A DNA stretch of 64,000 bases from positions 10,542 through 74,541 of the forward strand of contig CAAGIL010000170.1 in assembly GCA_900769905.1 (NCBI GenBank), read 5' to 3'. How positions within the stretch are numbered: the first letter of the stretch is position 1; each line of letters begins with the position of its first letter. The notes below the pieces were generated by a model that was given only the letters and a program-made list of their open reading frames with translations, was not told the DNA's origin and did not search any database. This document shows positions 18,662 through 29,141 of the stretch, one piece after another. The stretch is from Rikenellaceae bacterium (lineage in GTDB: Bacteria; Bacteroidota; Bacteroidia; Bacteroidales; UBA932). A program made the position numbers and the translations under genes.

Positions 18662-21600
18662 TTAGAATGTAAGGCTGATGCCGGCAACAACTTTCCTGGA
18701 GGTAGGATAGCTTCCCTTGTCCACGCCGAGGGCGCTTCCGACTCCGGTAACCTCAGGGTCGAGTCCAGGATATGAGGTGAATACGAAGAAGTCGTCAAGA
18801 GAGGTATAGATTCTCAGGTTTTCTACTTTAATGCTCTTGAGGAGCTTCTTCGGGAGGGTGTAGCCGAGCTGTATCTGCTTGATTTTGAAGTAGGATCCGT
18901 CAAGCACGCTGGCAGAGGAAATGTAGAACTTCTCCATGTCGTTGGCTCCGGCCTTAGGCATGGTGCCGTTCTCGTGGCCGACTTTCCATCTGTCGTCGGT
19001 GAAGTAGCTGAGCTTGTTGAGGGTGTAGTCGGAGCGGTTGAGGCAGCAGTAGATGTCATTGCCTATGGAACCGGTGCCGAAGAGGATGACATCGAAGCCC
19101 TTCCAGGATGCGGAGAGGGTGATACCGTAGTTCGCGTCGGCCATACCCTTGCCGATCATGGTCTTGTCGCTGTCGGTGATTGAACCGTCCTCGTTCAGGT
19201 CCTTGAAGGTAGGGTTGCCGGTAGCAGGGTCGATGCCGTCGAACTCGTAGCCGTAGAAGTACCAGGCAGGCTTGCCCACCTCGAAGCGGGTGATGGCGCC
19301 GTAGGTATGGAAACCGGTGCCGTCGATGGCGCTGAGGGTAGGGTGGATATAGGTTACTTCATTCTTGAGGGTGGAGAAGTTTCCGCGAACCTCGTAGCCG
19401 AAGTCACCGATCTGGTCGCGCCATCCGAGTTCGAGTTCGATACCGGTATTCTTTATGTTGCCGGCGTTCACAGGGGAGGCGGTGTTACCCACCACGGTTG
19501 AAGGGGTGATACCGGTCACGATGAGGTCCTTGGTCTCCTTGACGAACCAGTCGGCGGAGAAGCTGAGGCGGTTGTTGAAGAAGCGGCTGTCGATACCGAC
19601 GTTGGTCTGCTCGGCGGTCTCCCACTTGAGCTCCTTGTTGCCGGTTGCGGACGGAGCGTAGCCCACGATGTAGTCAGGAAGCTCGGATGAGACAGGGTAG
19701 GAACCGGTAGAACTGATCACGGTAGCATAGCGGTAGCCTCCGAGGCTGGCGGTGGAACCGTTCTGGCCCCAGCTGAGGCGGAGTTTGAGGTGGCTCATCC
19801 AGCTCTTTGTGCTCTTGAGGAACTCCTCGTTGGAAAGTACCCATCCTGCGGAAACGGCAGGGAAGAAGCCCCAGCGCTTCTGGATAGGAAGTACGCTGCT
19901 GTCGGCAGCATCAGCGCGCAGGGATACCTGCACCATATACCTGTTGTCGTACTCGTAGTTCGCACGGCCGAAGTAGGAGAGTTTCCTGCCGTAGCTAGGT
20001 TCGCCGCCGCTGACATCCTTGGTGGCATTGCTGGTGGCGTAAGCGAAATACCAGAAGAGAGGATCGTCCTTCTTGAAGCCTAGGCCGGCCTGGTCGTTAC
20101 CGCTCTTGGAACCGCTGACTCCGAAAGACCTGGACTCGCTGAAGCTGGTACCCAGCATAAGTCCGAGATTGTGCTTCTTGATCTGCCTGTTGTAGTTGAG
20201 GAAGTTCTCCCACTGCCAGTAGGTGGAGTTACTGCCTCCTGCAGAAACGCTCAGGTACTTGTTCTGCACCTGGCTGCTGGCGAAGTAGTCGTGGCTTACA
20301 CCGTAGCTCTCGGAAGAAGAGAGGCGGTAGCTCAGGCGTGAGGTGACGGTAAGGCCTTCAATCGGCATGAAGTTGATGAAGGTGGTACCGTTGATATTGA
20401 AGCCGCGGTTGTAGGAGTCGGAGCTTCCTATCATTATATAAGGGTTTACGCTCTCGCTGTTGACATAGGCTGATACACCGTAGACGTTGCCGTTGCCGTC
20501 TCCGAGCATAGGAGCGTGAGTCTTGTCGTCGTATATCTTCTGCATGTGTGCAGGCAGATTGTTCTCCGGATACCAAGGCTTGGTGAGAGGATCGAGAGTC
20601 ATAAGGGAGAGCAGATAGCTGCCGTACTCGGAGCCTTCAGCCACGGATGAGGACTTGTAGTACTCGATCTGGTTGTTGGTGCCGATTTCGAGCCAAGGCT
20701 TGATCTTCCAGGAAGCGTTGATCATACCGGTGAGGCGGTTGTAGTAATCCTTGTTGCCCACTACGATACCGTCGTTGTTGAGGTAGGTTCCTGAGATGTA
20801 GATTGACTTTCCCTCATCTCCTGCGGAGAAGGTGAGATTGTGCTTGTGCATATTGGAATTCTCGAAACCTGCCCTTACCCAGTCGGTGTTGGTCTCGAAG
20901 TCCCAGTTGTTGTAGAACTTCTCGAGGGAAATGAGGTTGGCTTCGGTATAGAAGTCGATGTACTGCTCGGAGTTCATAAGGTGAGGGACCTTTGCCACGC
21001 TCTGGCTGGAGTACTGATAATCATAGGTGATCTTTCCGTTGCCCTTACCCTTCTTGGTGGAGATGAGAACGACACCGTTGCCTGCCTCTGCACCGTAGAT
21101 GGCAGCTGATGCACCGTCCTTGAGCACTTCCATCGAGTCGATGTCGTTAGGGTCGATGCCGGAGATGTCCTTGGTGAGACGGCCGTCAACTACGTAGAGA
21201 GGGTCGCTGGCGTTGTTCGAGCTCACGCCACGGATACGGATGGACGGAGATGCGCCCGGCCTTGCGGAACCGCTGAGTACCTGTACGCCGGAAGTCTTGC
21301 CCTGGAGGGCCTGGCTGGCTGAGGTGATGGTTCTGGCTTCAATGTCCTGAGACTTGACCTGGGATACGGAACCCGTCATCGAGCTCTTCTTCTGCACACC
21401 GTAACCTACCACGACAACTTCGTCGAGCAGCCTGGTGTCAAGCTCCATCTGGACAGTCAATCCTGCCGCAGCCTTGCGCTCGGTGGTTACATAACCGATG
21501 CAGTTGAATTCAAGTGTGGCCCCTTCAGGCACATCGAGGGCCCAGGTGCCGTCGAGGTCTGTAGTTGTGCCCGTCTGGGTGCCTTTCACGATGACTCCTA

Positions 21601-21745
21601 CTCCTATCATAGGGAGTTTGTTCTCATCGATGACAGTACCGTTGGCCTTGATCTTTCCCTGTCCGGAAAGGTTCAGGCTGGCGAAAATGAAGAGTGCGGC
21701 TGTGAGCAGCGCCTTCATTCCGTTTTGGATTAGTTTGGTTCTCAT
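18662..21745 (-). CDS. susC: SusC/RagA-family TonB-dependent transporter
   Basis: The 1027-aa product has a carboxypeptidase-regulatory-like N-domain, a plug, a barrel and a C-terminal ...SLTF. Confidence 0.9.
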   Translation of the reverse strand: MRTKLIQNGMKALLTAALFIFASLNLSGQGKIKANGTVIDENKLPMIGVGVIVKGTQTGTTTDLDGTWALDVPEGATLEFNCIGYVTTERKAAAGLTVQMELDTRLLDEVVVVGYGVQKKSSMTGSVSQVKSQDIEARTITSASQALQGKTSGVQVLSGSARPGASPSIRIRGVSSNNASDPLYVVDGRLTKDISGIDPNDIDSMEVLKDGASAAIYGAEAGNGVVLISTKKGKGNGKITYDYQYSSQSVAKVPHLMNSEQYIDFYTEANLISLEKFYNNWDFETNTDWVRAGFENSNMHKHNLTFSAGDEGKSIYISGTYLNNDGIVVGNKDYYNRLTGMINASWKIKPWLEIGTNNQIEYYKSSSVAEGSEYGSYLLSLMTLDPLTKPWYPENNLPAHMQKIYDDKTHAPMLGDGNGNVYGVSAYVNSESVNPYIMIGSSDSYNRGFNINGTTFINFMPIEGLTVTSRLSYRLSSSESYGVSHDYFASSQVQNKYLSVSAGGSNSTYWQWENFLNYNRQIKKHNLGLMLGTSFSESRSFGVSGSKSGNDQAGLGFKKDDPLFWYFAYATSNATKDVSGGEPSYGRKLSYFGRANYEYDNRYMVQVSLRADAADSSVLPIQKRWGFFPAVSAGWVLSNEEFLKSTKSWMSHLKLRLSWGQNGSTASLGGYRYATVISSTGSYPVSSELPDYIVGYAPSATGNKELKWETAEQTNVGIDSRFFNNRLSFSADWFVKETKDLIVTGITPSTVVGNTASPVNAGNIKNTGIELELGWRDQIGDFGYEVRGNFSTLKNEVTYIHPTLSAIDGTGFHTYGAITRFEVGKPAWYFYGYEFDGIDPATGNPTFKDLNEDGSITDSDKTMIGKGMADANYGITLSASWKGFDVILFGTGSIGNDIYCCLNRSDYTLNKLSYFTDDRWKVGHENGTMPKAGANDMEKFYISSASVLDGSYFKIKQIQLGYTLPKKLLKSIKVENLRIYTSLDDFFVFTSYPGLDPEVTGVGSALGVDKGSYPTSRKVVAGISLTF

Positions 21746-21771
21746 TGTTGAATATAATTAGATTAGTGATG

Positions 21772-23433
21772 TTAAAATCCTCTTGTAGGGAAAGTTCTTA
21801 TGAAATCAATCAGTTCCTTGTCGTGATTGTGGGCTATGCGGCTCTCGTTGTCGAAGAGCATCGTGGCCCTGTCAGTGCAGTTGAATTCTTCCCACTCGGG
21901 AAGGTCTTCGGTATTCGGGTTGCCGGTGCGGGCAAAATTGGCCCAGCTGTGGCTCATCTTGGCAGCGAGTTCCAGGGCCTGCTTGCCGCCACCGGTCATG
22001 CTGGCGTGTCTGCCGGCATTGTTGAACACGAAAGGTATCTCCATACAGTGGGTGCTGCGCAGGATTCCGTCAAGGACAGGGGACTCCCAGCAGAACATAT
22101 ACAGGTACACCGGTGCCCCGTTCTGGCGGCACTTGCGCGCAGCCTGTTCCAGAGCGCTCGGGCGGAAGGTGAAATCAAGGTCGATCAGGTCGGCCGGCTT
22201 GTATCCGGGGTACGCCTTGCCCACGAGGTCGAGGAAACGGGATGTTGCGTCGCCATAACTTGCCTCGAGCAACTTCACTGCATCCTCCTTGCTGATGTTG
22301 CGGAGCTGCGGAGCGTAGGTGGTGGCGCTGAACTCGTGTTTGGTGGTGCCTATAATCATAGGTATGTCGGCTGACATTGCCGGAGCCTGCGGGTCGAAAG
22401 GCTGGCTCGGGAGCACGGATGCGTCTACGGTCGGAGCCCATCCGAAGATGAACGACGCTATCCCGTCCTTCCTTGCTTCCTTTTCAACCTCTGCCACAGC
22501 CTTTTCCCCTGCGGCCAGCAGTTCCCTGTAAGGCACTTTTTCGATTTCATCGATGTTGGAGGCGTTGAGCCCGAGATTGCGTACCGTGGCGGCACCGATT
22601 TTCCTGGAATACCTGGATTCCATAGTCTGGAGCATTGAACCGCTCTGGACTATTGCCTTGTGGAACAGGCCCTTTGCGGCCGGAGTCGCCATAAGGGTGG
22701 TAACCTTTCCGCCACCGCCTGACTGGCCGAAAATGGTGACGTTGTCCGGATCCCCGCCGAAGCCGGCGATGTTGTCCTTTACCCACTGGAGGGCGGCAAC
22801 CATATCCAGAAGTCCGGCGTTACCCGACTTGGCATATTTCTCGCCGAAGGCGGAGAGGTCAAGGAAACCGAGCACGTTGAGACGGTGGTTGATGGATACT
22901 ACCACCACATCCTCGGATGCGGCGAGGGAGGTACCGTCATACGAAGGCAGCTCCTGGCCGGAACCGGCGGAATATCCGCCGCCGTGCAGCCATACCATCA
23001 CCGGCCTCTTGGTGTTGTCCCCAATCTTCGGAGTCCAGATGTTGAGCCTGAGGCAGTCTTCTGAACTGAAACCGTCGTCCCAGTTGAAGGCGAAGGCAAT
23101 CTCGTCGTTCAGCCACCCCTGCCTGTCCTGTTGAGGGCAGACCGGACCGTACTGGCGGCAGCTGCGGATTCCGTCCCAGCTTTCCACAGGATGCGGCGGC
23201 TGGAACCTTTCAGCCCTGGCATAAGGGATGCCCTTGTAGATGAATATTCCGTTTTCGATGTAGCCGGCGACCTTTCCCTTGTCGGTACTGACCACCGCTA
23301 CCGAAGAAGATGCGGAGATTTCCGGTGCAGTGACGCAAGCCTCGGAAACTGTCCGCCTGCAGCAGGAAGATGCGGCCAGTGCGAGCCCCATCATTCCGAT
23401 AAATAGCTTCAATGCTTTCATAATGATTGGCAT
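21772..23433 (-). CDS. Type-B carboxylesterase (COesterase family) lipoprotein
   Basis: The start is taken at MPIIMKALKLFIGMMGLALAASSC (lipobox). The family is indicated by WLHGGGYSAGSG, GQSGGG and GDPDNVTIFGQSGG. The gene ends 26 nt upstream of susC on the same strand. Confidence 0.85.
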   Translation of the reverse strand: MPIIMKALKLFIGMMGLALAASSCCRRTVSEACVTAPEISASSSVAVVSTDKGKVAGYIENGIFIYKGIPYARAERFQPPHPVESWDGIRSCRQYGPVCPQQDRQGWLNDEIAFAFNWDDGFSSEDCLRLNIWTPKIGDNTKRPVMVWLHGGGYSAGSGQELPSYDGTSLAASEDVVVVSINHRLNVLGFLDLSAFGEKYAKSGNAGLLDMVAALQWVKDNIAGFGGDPDNVTIFGQSGGGGKVTTLMATPAAKGLFHKAIVQSGSMLQTMESRYSRKIGAATVRNLGLNASNIDEIEKVPYRELLAAGEKAVAEVEKEARKDGIASFIFGWAPTVDASVLPSQPFDPQAPAMSADIPMIIGTTKHEFSATTYAPQLRNISKEDAVKLLEASYGDATSRFLDLVGKAYPGYKPADLIDLDFTFRPSALEQAARKCRQNGAPVYLYMFCWESPVLDGILRSTHCMEIPFVFNNAGRHASMTGGGKQALELAAKMSHSWANFARTGNPNTEDLPEWEEFNCTDRATMLFDNESRIAHNHDKELIDFIRTFPTRGF

Positions 23434-23622
23434 AGTTTTATACGTATGCAAAGTTCTACATTCCATTTCGCAGCGGCTTGCTGCTTTGTTTTTCTTTTTT
23501 TCTTTCCTGTAAATCGGGTTGTCGGATTTGTTCATTTGTTTTCAGATTTGTTCAAATCCCGTCATTTTAATGCGATTTTGAAATTTTATTCGTATATTTC
23601 GGATGATTTGAACAGCCCACAT

Positions 23623-26600
23623 ATGAAAATGAGATTCCTGGTGGCTGCCCTGGCCATCCTGATTTCCGCAAATATTTCTTCAGCATCAACCGAGATTTCC
23701 GATGCTCTTTCCAACGACAGAATCACTGCCATTACCCAGGATATGCAGGGTCATATATGGATAGGTACCTTCAGGGGCCTTAACAAGTTTGACTCCCACG
23801 CATATCATCAGTATTTCTGCGGGACGGATGAGCCCAACGCCCTCCCGGACAATCAGATACGTTGCCTGCATACCGATGTTTCCGGCCGCCTCTGGGTCGG
23901 CACCGTCAACGGCATATGCCGCTACAGGGACGATGACAGCTTCGAAACCATCCCTGCCTATGGCATACAGAGCAAGAATGTGGGTCAGATCCTCGAGACC
24001 AGGTCCGGCAAGCTTCTCATCAACACTTCCGATGCAATCAGCCTTTACAAGCCGGAATCAGACTGCTTTGAAAGCATCATAACCGTATATTCGCGAGCCT
24101 TGAAGTATATCACGGCAGCCTACGTGTCCCCTGATGACAGGCTGTGGATACTCGGGGACCGCCTGTACTGCTTCGATACCGGGAACTTCCACATGCTCAA
24201 TTCTTATCTGCTGCCCCAGGAAGAGCTGCTGAGTGCCTGCATGACCCCTGACGGGTCAATATGGATGAGTTTTGAGGACGGCATGTATCTTTTCAGCGTG
24301 GCCAGGGAGTCCTTTGTCGCCCTGCCTGAGTCAATGACCGGAAGCGCAGCCCTGTCTTCCACGCCTATTACCCAGATGTATCTGTGCTCCGGCAATCTCC
24401 TGCTCCTCTCCGATAACTCGGATGCTTTTGCATACAATTTCGGAGATGGAACCCTAACGCGCCAGTCGGATCCGGATTTTGAATTTTCCATTCCGGACTT
24501 CATAATCAGCAATGTCTTTGAGGATAGGGACAAGAACATCTGGTGGTGCTCCTATGACCAGGGCTACAAGGTCTCTTATGCGTACAAGGAACGCTTCGGC
24601 AACCATTCCCTCAATACTGCCTTGAGCGGGCGCTCCGTAATTGCCCTGGAACTCTCCGATGATGACAGGCTTTTCATTGCCACTTTGCGCGACGGCATCT
24701 TCACCTACAAGCTTTCTGACGGCTCCTTTTCCGGGACCCCGCTTAGAATAGGAGGAAAGGAATACAGGAATCCTTACATTACCGATATGGAAGCTCAGGA
24801 AGGATCTTATCTTTGGATTGCCACCTATAAAAACGTCTTCCTCACTCGCGTATCCGATAAGGAATTGACTGTACTTCATACTTGGGACGTGCCTATGTGC
24901 CTCTGTCTCAAGGGAGATGATGAGGGTTATGTATGGGCGGCAACTAACTACGGAAAAATCCTGCGTCTCGGCAGGGACGGCAGCGTGCAGGCCGTGGATC
25001 TTCACATCTCTCCGGAATCCTACAGCTTCGTGGGCGGAATAGATCTGCTTCCGTCCGGCAACGTGATTGTGAGCACTTTCCGTAACGGACTATACGAGAT
25101 TGACCGCAATACACTGTCAGCCGGACATATAGATTTCTCTGAAGAGGAGTGGTCGCGTTGCATAGCCCGTTCTCTCTTCATACCTTCTGCCATCTGCGTA
25201 GACAGCAAGGGAATGGTTTGGCTTGGCACCGTGGCCAACGGACTGCTCAGGTATGACCCTGCAAGCGGACGGCTTCAGCCGGTTCCGGGAACCCCGTGTG
25301 ACGATATTTGCAGCATAGAAGAGGACCAGCAGGGCAATCTTTGGATAAGCACCCAGCACGGACTGGCGAAATATGACAGGACTGTGGGCCGCTTCATCAA
25401 CTGGTTCAAGTCGGACGGGATCGGTGGCAACCAGTTCTATGACAGGGCTTCCTGCAAGACGAAAAACGGGGCATTGATCTTCGGAGGCACCCACGGAATC
25501 ACCCTCTTTGACCCGTTGGTGCTCATGGAAAAGAGGAATGTGCCTCTGGTTTTCGAAGCCCTCAAGGTGAACAACTGTTACATCAAGCCCGGGGATGGAA
25601 AATGCATCTCCAAGGCGATGAACTTCAACCCCCCGCTAAGGCTCAAATATGACGAAGGCAGTTTCGGCATCGCGTTCACGGCCCTGGATTACAGCGAGTT
25701 CGACCGCGTGCGCTACGCATACAAACTGGAAGGATACGACAGGTTCTGGATAGATGCCACGGGTAGCAGGGAGGCCTTGTATACCAATGTGCCGGCCGGG
25801 AAATACTCCTTCAAGGTGCGAATCAGCAATATGGACCGCACGGAAATCCTGGCAGAGAACAGCCTGGACATTACCATAGACAGGCCTTTCTGGCGCAGCT
25901 GGTGGGCATATCTGCTGTATCTCAGCATCGCTATCTGCATAATTCTGACCATTGTCAGCTACAGGCGCCGCCTCAGCCTGGAAAAGCAGGCCAGGGAAAA
26001 GGCCTCGATGGAAAGGGAGCAGGAGAAGAGGATGAACGAGATGAACATGAGTTTCTTCGCGAACATCTCCCACGAATTCAGAACCCCTCTCACGATGATA
26101 GCGGCCCCCGTGGCCCAGCTTTCCGAGTCCTCTTCCATTGACGGGGAGGGCAGGCGACTGCTCGACATAGTGCGCAGGAACATAAACAGGATGCTCAGGC
26201 TCGTGAACCAGCTTCTGGATTTCAACAAGATGGAGAATGATAGCCTGAAACTGAAAGTGCGCAAGGTGGATGTGGTGGCCCTGTTGCGCTATATGGTGGA
26301 TACCTTCAAGGTGAATGCGGAGGAAAAGGGCATAAGCTTGGTGAGCTGGGGCATAGAGGATTCTCTTACGGCTTGGATAGACGATGACAAGATAGACAAA
26401 ATCTGTTTCAATCTGCTCTCTAATGCAATGAAATTCACGAGCCAGGGCGGGAAGATAGAAATCAGCCTCGATTGCCTGACCCGTGAGGAGGCATCCAGGC
26501 TCTTCAAACTCGGGGAGAAGGACACCGACACCAGGTATGTCAAAATTACGGTCAAGGATTCAGGTCCCGGAATACCGGAAGACCAGCTCGAGAAAATATT

Positions 26601-27630
26601 CGAGCGCTACTACCAGTTGGACAACAATGTGCGAGGGGCATACAACTGGGGCACGGGCATAGGCCTGTACTACGCAAGGTCGCTCGCCACCATCCATCAC
26701 GGCTGGCTCCAGGCAGCCAACAGGAGCGATATGCGCGGTGCGGAGTTCACCCTGCTCGTACCGGCAAGCGAGTCCTCATACGCAGAGGAAGAGAAGGGTA
26801 GGGAAGAAGGAGGAATATTCGTGAAGCAGGAGGCACTGCAGTGCCACGGATTTGCAGATGAGACCCCGGCGGACGACAGGAAGCACAGCGTTCTCGTGGT
26901 TGACGATGACGCCGAAATCGTCAGATACATGAGGGAACTCCTGTCCGCCCAGTACAATGTCATCTACAAATACGACGCGGATTCTGCGTTCAACGCCATC
27001 AAGAAGGATGCGCCGGACATAGTCATAAGCGACGTGGTGATGCCGGGGAAGACGGGTTACGAACTCTGCCGCGACATCAAGGGTTCCCTGCAGCTCTCGC
27101 ATATCCCGGTAATCCTGCTCACGGCGAAGGCAAATGTGGACGACCAGGTCGAGGGTCTCGACTGTGGCGCGGATGCATATGTCACCAAGCCTTTCGAGCC
27201 TCAGTATCTGCTGGCGTTGGTCAACTCCCAGATAAAGAACAGGGAAAAGATCAAGTCGATGCTTTCCCAGGCCACAGAAGTCGCTTCACTGGAAGAAAAC
27301 GTGCTCTCCGAGCAGGACAATGCCTTTATGAAGGAGCTCTACGAGCTTATGGAAGATGAACTTTCGAATGACGAACTCGATGTCAGCGGAATGACTGAGA
27401 GGCTGCATATTTCCAGGACCAAGTTCTATTACAAGGTCAAGGGCCTTACGGGCGAGAATCCAAGCGTTTTCTTCAAGCGCTACAAGCTCAACCGTGCCGC
27501 GCAGTTCCTCCGCGACCGTAAGTACAACATATCCGAAGTTGCCGACATGACCGGCTTCAGCACCCTGTCCCATTTCTCCACCAGCTTCAAGAAACAGTTC
27601 GGAGTGTCCCCAAGCGATTATCTAAAATAA
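23623..27630 (+). CDS. Hybrid two-component system sensor kinase/response regulator with AraC-type HTH
   Basis: The start is taken at MKMRFLVAALAILISA (signal). Periplasmic beta-propeller/Y_Y_Y repeats, a TM segment, HisKA (ISHEFRTPLT), HATPase, REC (VLVVDDDAEI...DVVMPG) and a C-terminal AraC HTH are present. It is divergent from the PUL. Confidence 0.9.
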   Translation: MKMRFLVAALAILISANISSASTEISDALSNDRITAITQDMQGHIWIGTFRGLNKFDSHAYHQYFCGTDEPNALPDNQIRCLHTDVSGRLWVGTVNGICRYRDDDSFETIPAYGIQSKNVGQILETRSGKLLINTSDAISLYKPESDCFESIITVYSRALKYITAAYVSPDDRLWILGDRLYCFDTGNFHMLNSYLLPQEELLSACMTPDGSIWMSFEDGMYLFSVARESFVALPESMTGSAALSSTPITQMYLCSGNLLLLSDNSDAFAYNFGDGTLTRQSDPDFEFSIPDFIISNVFEDRDKNIWWCSYDQGYKVSYAYKERFGNHSLNTALSGRSVIALELSDDDRLFIATLRDGIFTYKLSDGSFSGTPLRIGGKEYRNPYITDMEAQEGSYLWIATYKNVFLTRVSDKELTVLHTWDVPMCLCLKGDDEGYVWAATNYGKILRLGRDGSVQAVDLHISPESYSFVGGIDLLPSGNVIVSTFRNGLYEIDRNTLSAGHIDFSEEEWSRCIARSLFIPSAICVDSKGMVWLGTVANGLLRYDPASGRLQPVPGTPCDDICSIEEDQQGNLWISTQHGLAKYDRTVGRFINWFKSDGIGGNQFYDRASCKTKNGALIFGGTHGITLFDPLVLMEKRNVPLVFEALKVNNCYIKPGDGKCISKAMNFNPPLRLKYDEGSFGIAFTALDYSEFDRVRYAYKLEGYDRFWIDATGSREALYTNVPAGKYSFKVRISNMDRTEILAENSLDITIDRPFWRSWWAYLLYLSIAICIILTIVSYRRRLSLEKQAREKASMEREQEKRMNEMNMSFFANISHEFRTPLTMIAAPVAQLSESSSIDGEGRRLLDIVRRNINRMLRLVNQLLDFNKMENDSLKLKVRKVDVVALLRYMVDTFKVNAEEKGISLVSWGIEDSLTAWIDDDKIDKICFNLLSNAMKFTSQGGKIEISLDCLTREEASRLFKLGEKDTDTRYVKITVKDSGPGIPEDQLEKIFERYYQLDNNVRGAYNWGTGIGLYYARSLATIHHGWLQAANRSDMRGAEFTLLVPASESSYAEEEKGREEGGIFVKQEALQCHGFADETPADDRKHSVLVVDDDAEIVRYMRELLSAQYNVIYKYDADSAFNAIKKDAPDIVISDVVMPGKTGYELCRDIKGSLQLSHIPVILLTAKANVDDQVEGLDCGADAYVTKPFEPQYLLALVNSQIKNREKIKSMLSQATEVASLEENVLSEQDNAFMKELYELMEDELSNDELDVSGMTERLHISRTKFYYKVKGLTGENPSVFFKRYKLNRAAQFLRDRKYNISEVADMTGFSTLSHFSTSFKKQFGVSPSDYLK

Positions 27631-27686
27631 AATTTAGTATCTTTGCGGGGTTATATAATGTTTCGCTTGCGAAATTTGGGTGTCTT

Positions 27687-29099
27687 ATGTTTGCAAAAGA
27701 TGTATATGTCAGAAGGCGCAAGGCGCTGATTGACAAGATGACAGGGGAGAAAGGCGTGGCTCTGTTCATAGGCAATGTCGATGCCCCGGCACAGTATAGG
27801 GACAACTGCTACAAGTGGCGTCAGGACAGCACCTGGCTCTATTTCTTCGGTATAGATGAACCCCGTTTCGCCGCGACAATTGACCTTGAAAGCGGCGAAG
27901 AAACCATCTATGCAGACGATTTCGGGATTGATGACATCATCTGGATGGGCCCTATGCCTTCAGTGAAATCCCTCGCCGAGTCAGTGGGAGTGGCCAGAAC
28001 AGCCCCATACTCCGCACTCGATGAGGCTGTGAAGGGCCGTCAGGTCCATTTCATCCCTGCCAGCAGGTACTACACCCGCCTGAAACTCGCTTCCCTGCTC
28101 GGACTGGACCCTTCTGAGGTCGTTTCCAAAGGAAAGAAGGGTTGTCCAAAGGCCTCTGAGGCCCTCGTCAGGGCTGCAATTGAGCTCAGGCTTGTCAAGG
28201 AGCCGGAGGAAATTGCCCAGATTGAAGCCGCCTGCGAGATAGGATATCAGATGCATACCGCCGCCCGCAAGGGCATACGCCTCGGACGCATCGAGCAGGA
28301 GATAGTGGGAGAGATGGAAGGAGTCACCCTTTCCAAGGGCTGGGGTGTGAGCTTCTCGACAATACTCACCCAGCACGGAGAGATATTCCACTGCCACAGC
28401 CACGACAGCCTCATCGAGCCGGGAAAGCTTCTGGTCGTGGATGCCGGTGCCGAGAACAATATGCACTACGCCTCCGATTTCACCCGCAGCTACCCGACGG
28501 GCGGAGTTTTCACCCCGAAGCAGAGGGATATATATGAAATAGTGTATCATTGCAATGAACTCGCATACTCCCTGATTTCGCCCGGTATGGCGTATCGCGA
28601 CGTGCACCTTGAGTGCGCAGGCCTGATGCTGGACGAACTCAAGTCGCTCGGACTCGTCAGGGGCAGCGTGGACGATATGGTGGAAAACGGGGTCGCCGGA
28701 CTCTTTATGCCTCACGGACTCGGACACAATATGGGTCTGGATGTGCACGATATGGAAGACTACGGCGAAGACCTGGTGGGCTATGATCCCGACCAGAGCC
28801 GTTCCTCCCAGCTCGGTCTGGGCAGCCTCAGAATGGCCAGAAGGCTCTGCGAAGGCAATGTTATTACCGATGAGCCGGGAATCTACTTCATCCCGGCCCT
28901 GATAGAATCCTGGAAGAAGGAAGGCCGCTTCACCGACTTCATCAACTACTCCAAACTTGAGGAATACTACGACTTCGGCGGCATACGCCTCGAAGACGAT
29001 GTGCTCGTGACGGAGGACGGTGCCCGCAGGCTCGGCTCCGCAAGGCTCCCTATAGCCCCGGACGAGGTTGAGGAGGCGATGAGACGGGACAAGGAATAA
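27687..29099 (+). CDS. M24B-family Xaa-Pro aminopeptidase/dipeptidase
   Basis: An AMP_N-like N-domain and a pita-bread fold (HGLGHNMGLDVHD, EPGIYFIP) are present. Confidence 0.8.
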   Translation: MFAKDVYVRRRKALIDKMTGEKGVALFIGNVDAPAQYRDNCYKWRQDSTWLYFFGIDEPRFAATIDLESGEETIYADDFGIDDIIWMGPMPSVKSLAESVGVARTAPYSALDEAVKGRQVHFIPASRYYTRLKLASLLGLDPSEVVSKGKKGCPKASEALVRAAIELRLVKEPEEIAQIEAACEIGYQMHTAARKGIRLGRIEQEIVGEMEGVTLSKGWGVSFSTILTQHGEIFHCHSHDSLIEPGKLLVVDAGAENNMHYASDFTRSYPTGGVFTPKQRDIYEIVYHCNELAYSLISPGMAYRDVHLECAGLMLDELKSLGLVRGSVDDMVENGVAGLFMPHGLGHNMGLDVHDMEDYGEDLVGYDPDQSRSSQLGLGSLRMARRLCEGNVITDEPGIYFIPALIESWKKEGRFTDFINYSKLEEYYDFGGIRLEDDVLVTEDGARRLGSARLPIAPDEVEEAMRRDKE

Positions 29100-29141
29100 A
29101 CTGAACCTGCGCTTTATGCGCAAACAATATGTACTAAAACA

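Noticed and set aside
23434-23622. ORF-track N-terminal extensions of the carboxylesterase (to 23535) and the HTCS (from 23446).
   Set aside because: The two extensions overlap each other across the divergent intergenic region. Internal ATGs give proper lipoprotein and signal-peptide N-termini.
27631-27686. Possible terminator (CTAAAATAAAATTTAG) after the HTCS.
   Set aside because: The stem is AT-only and imperfect. It is too weak to call.
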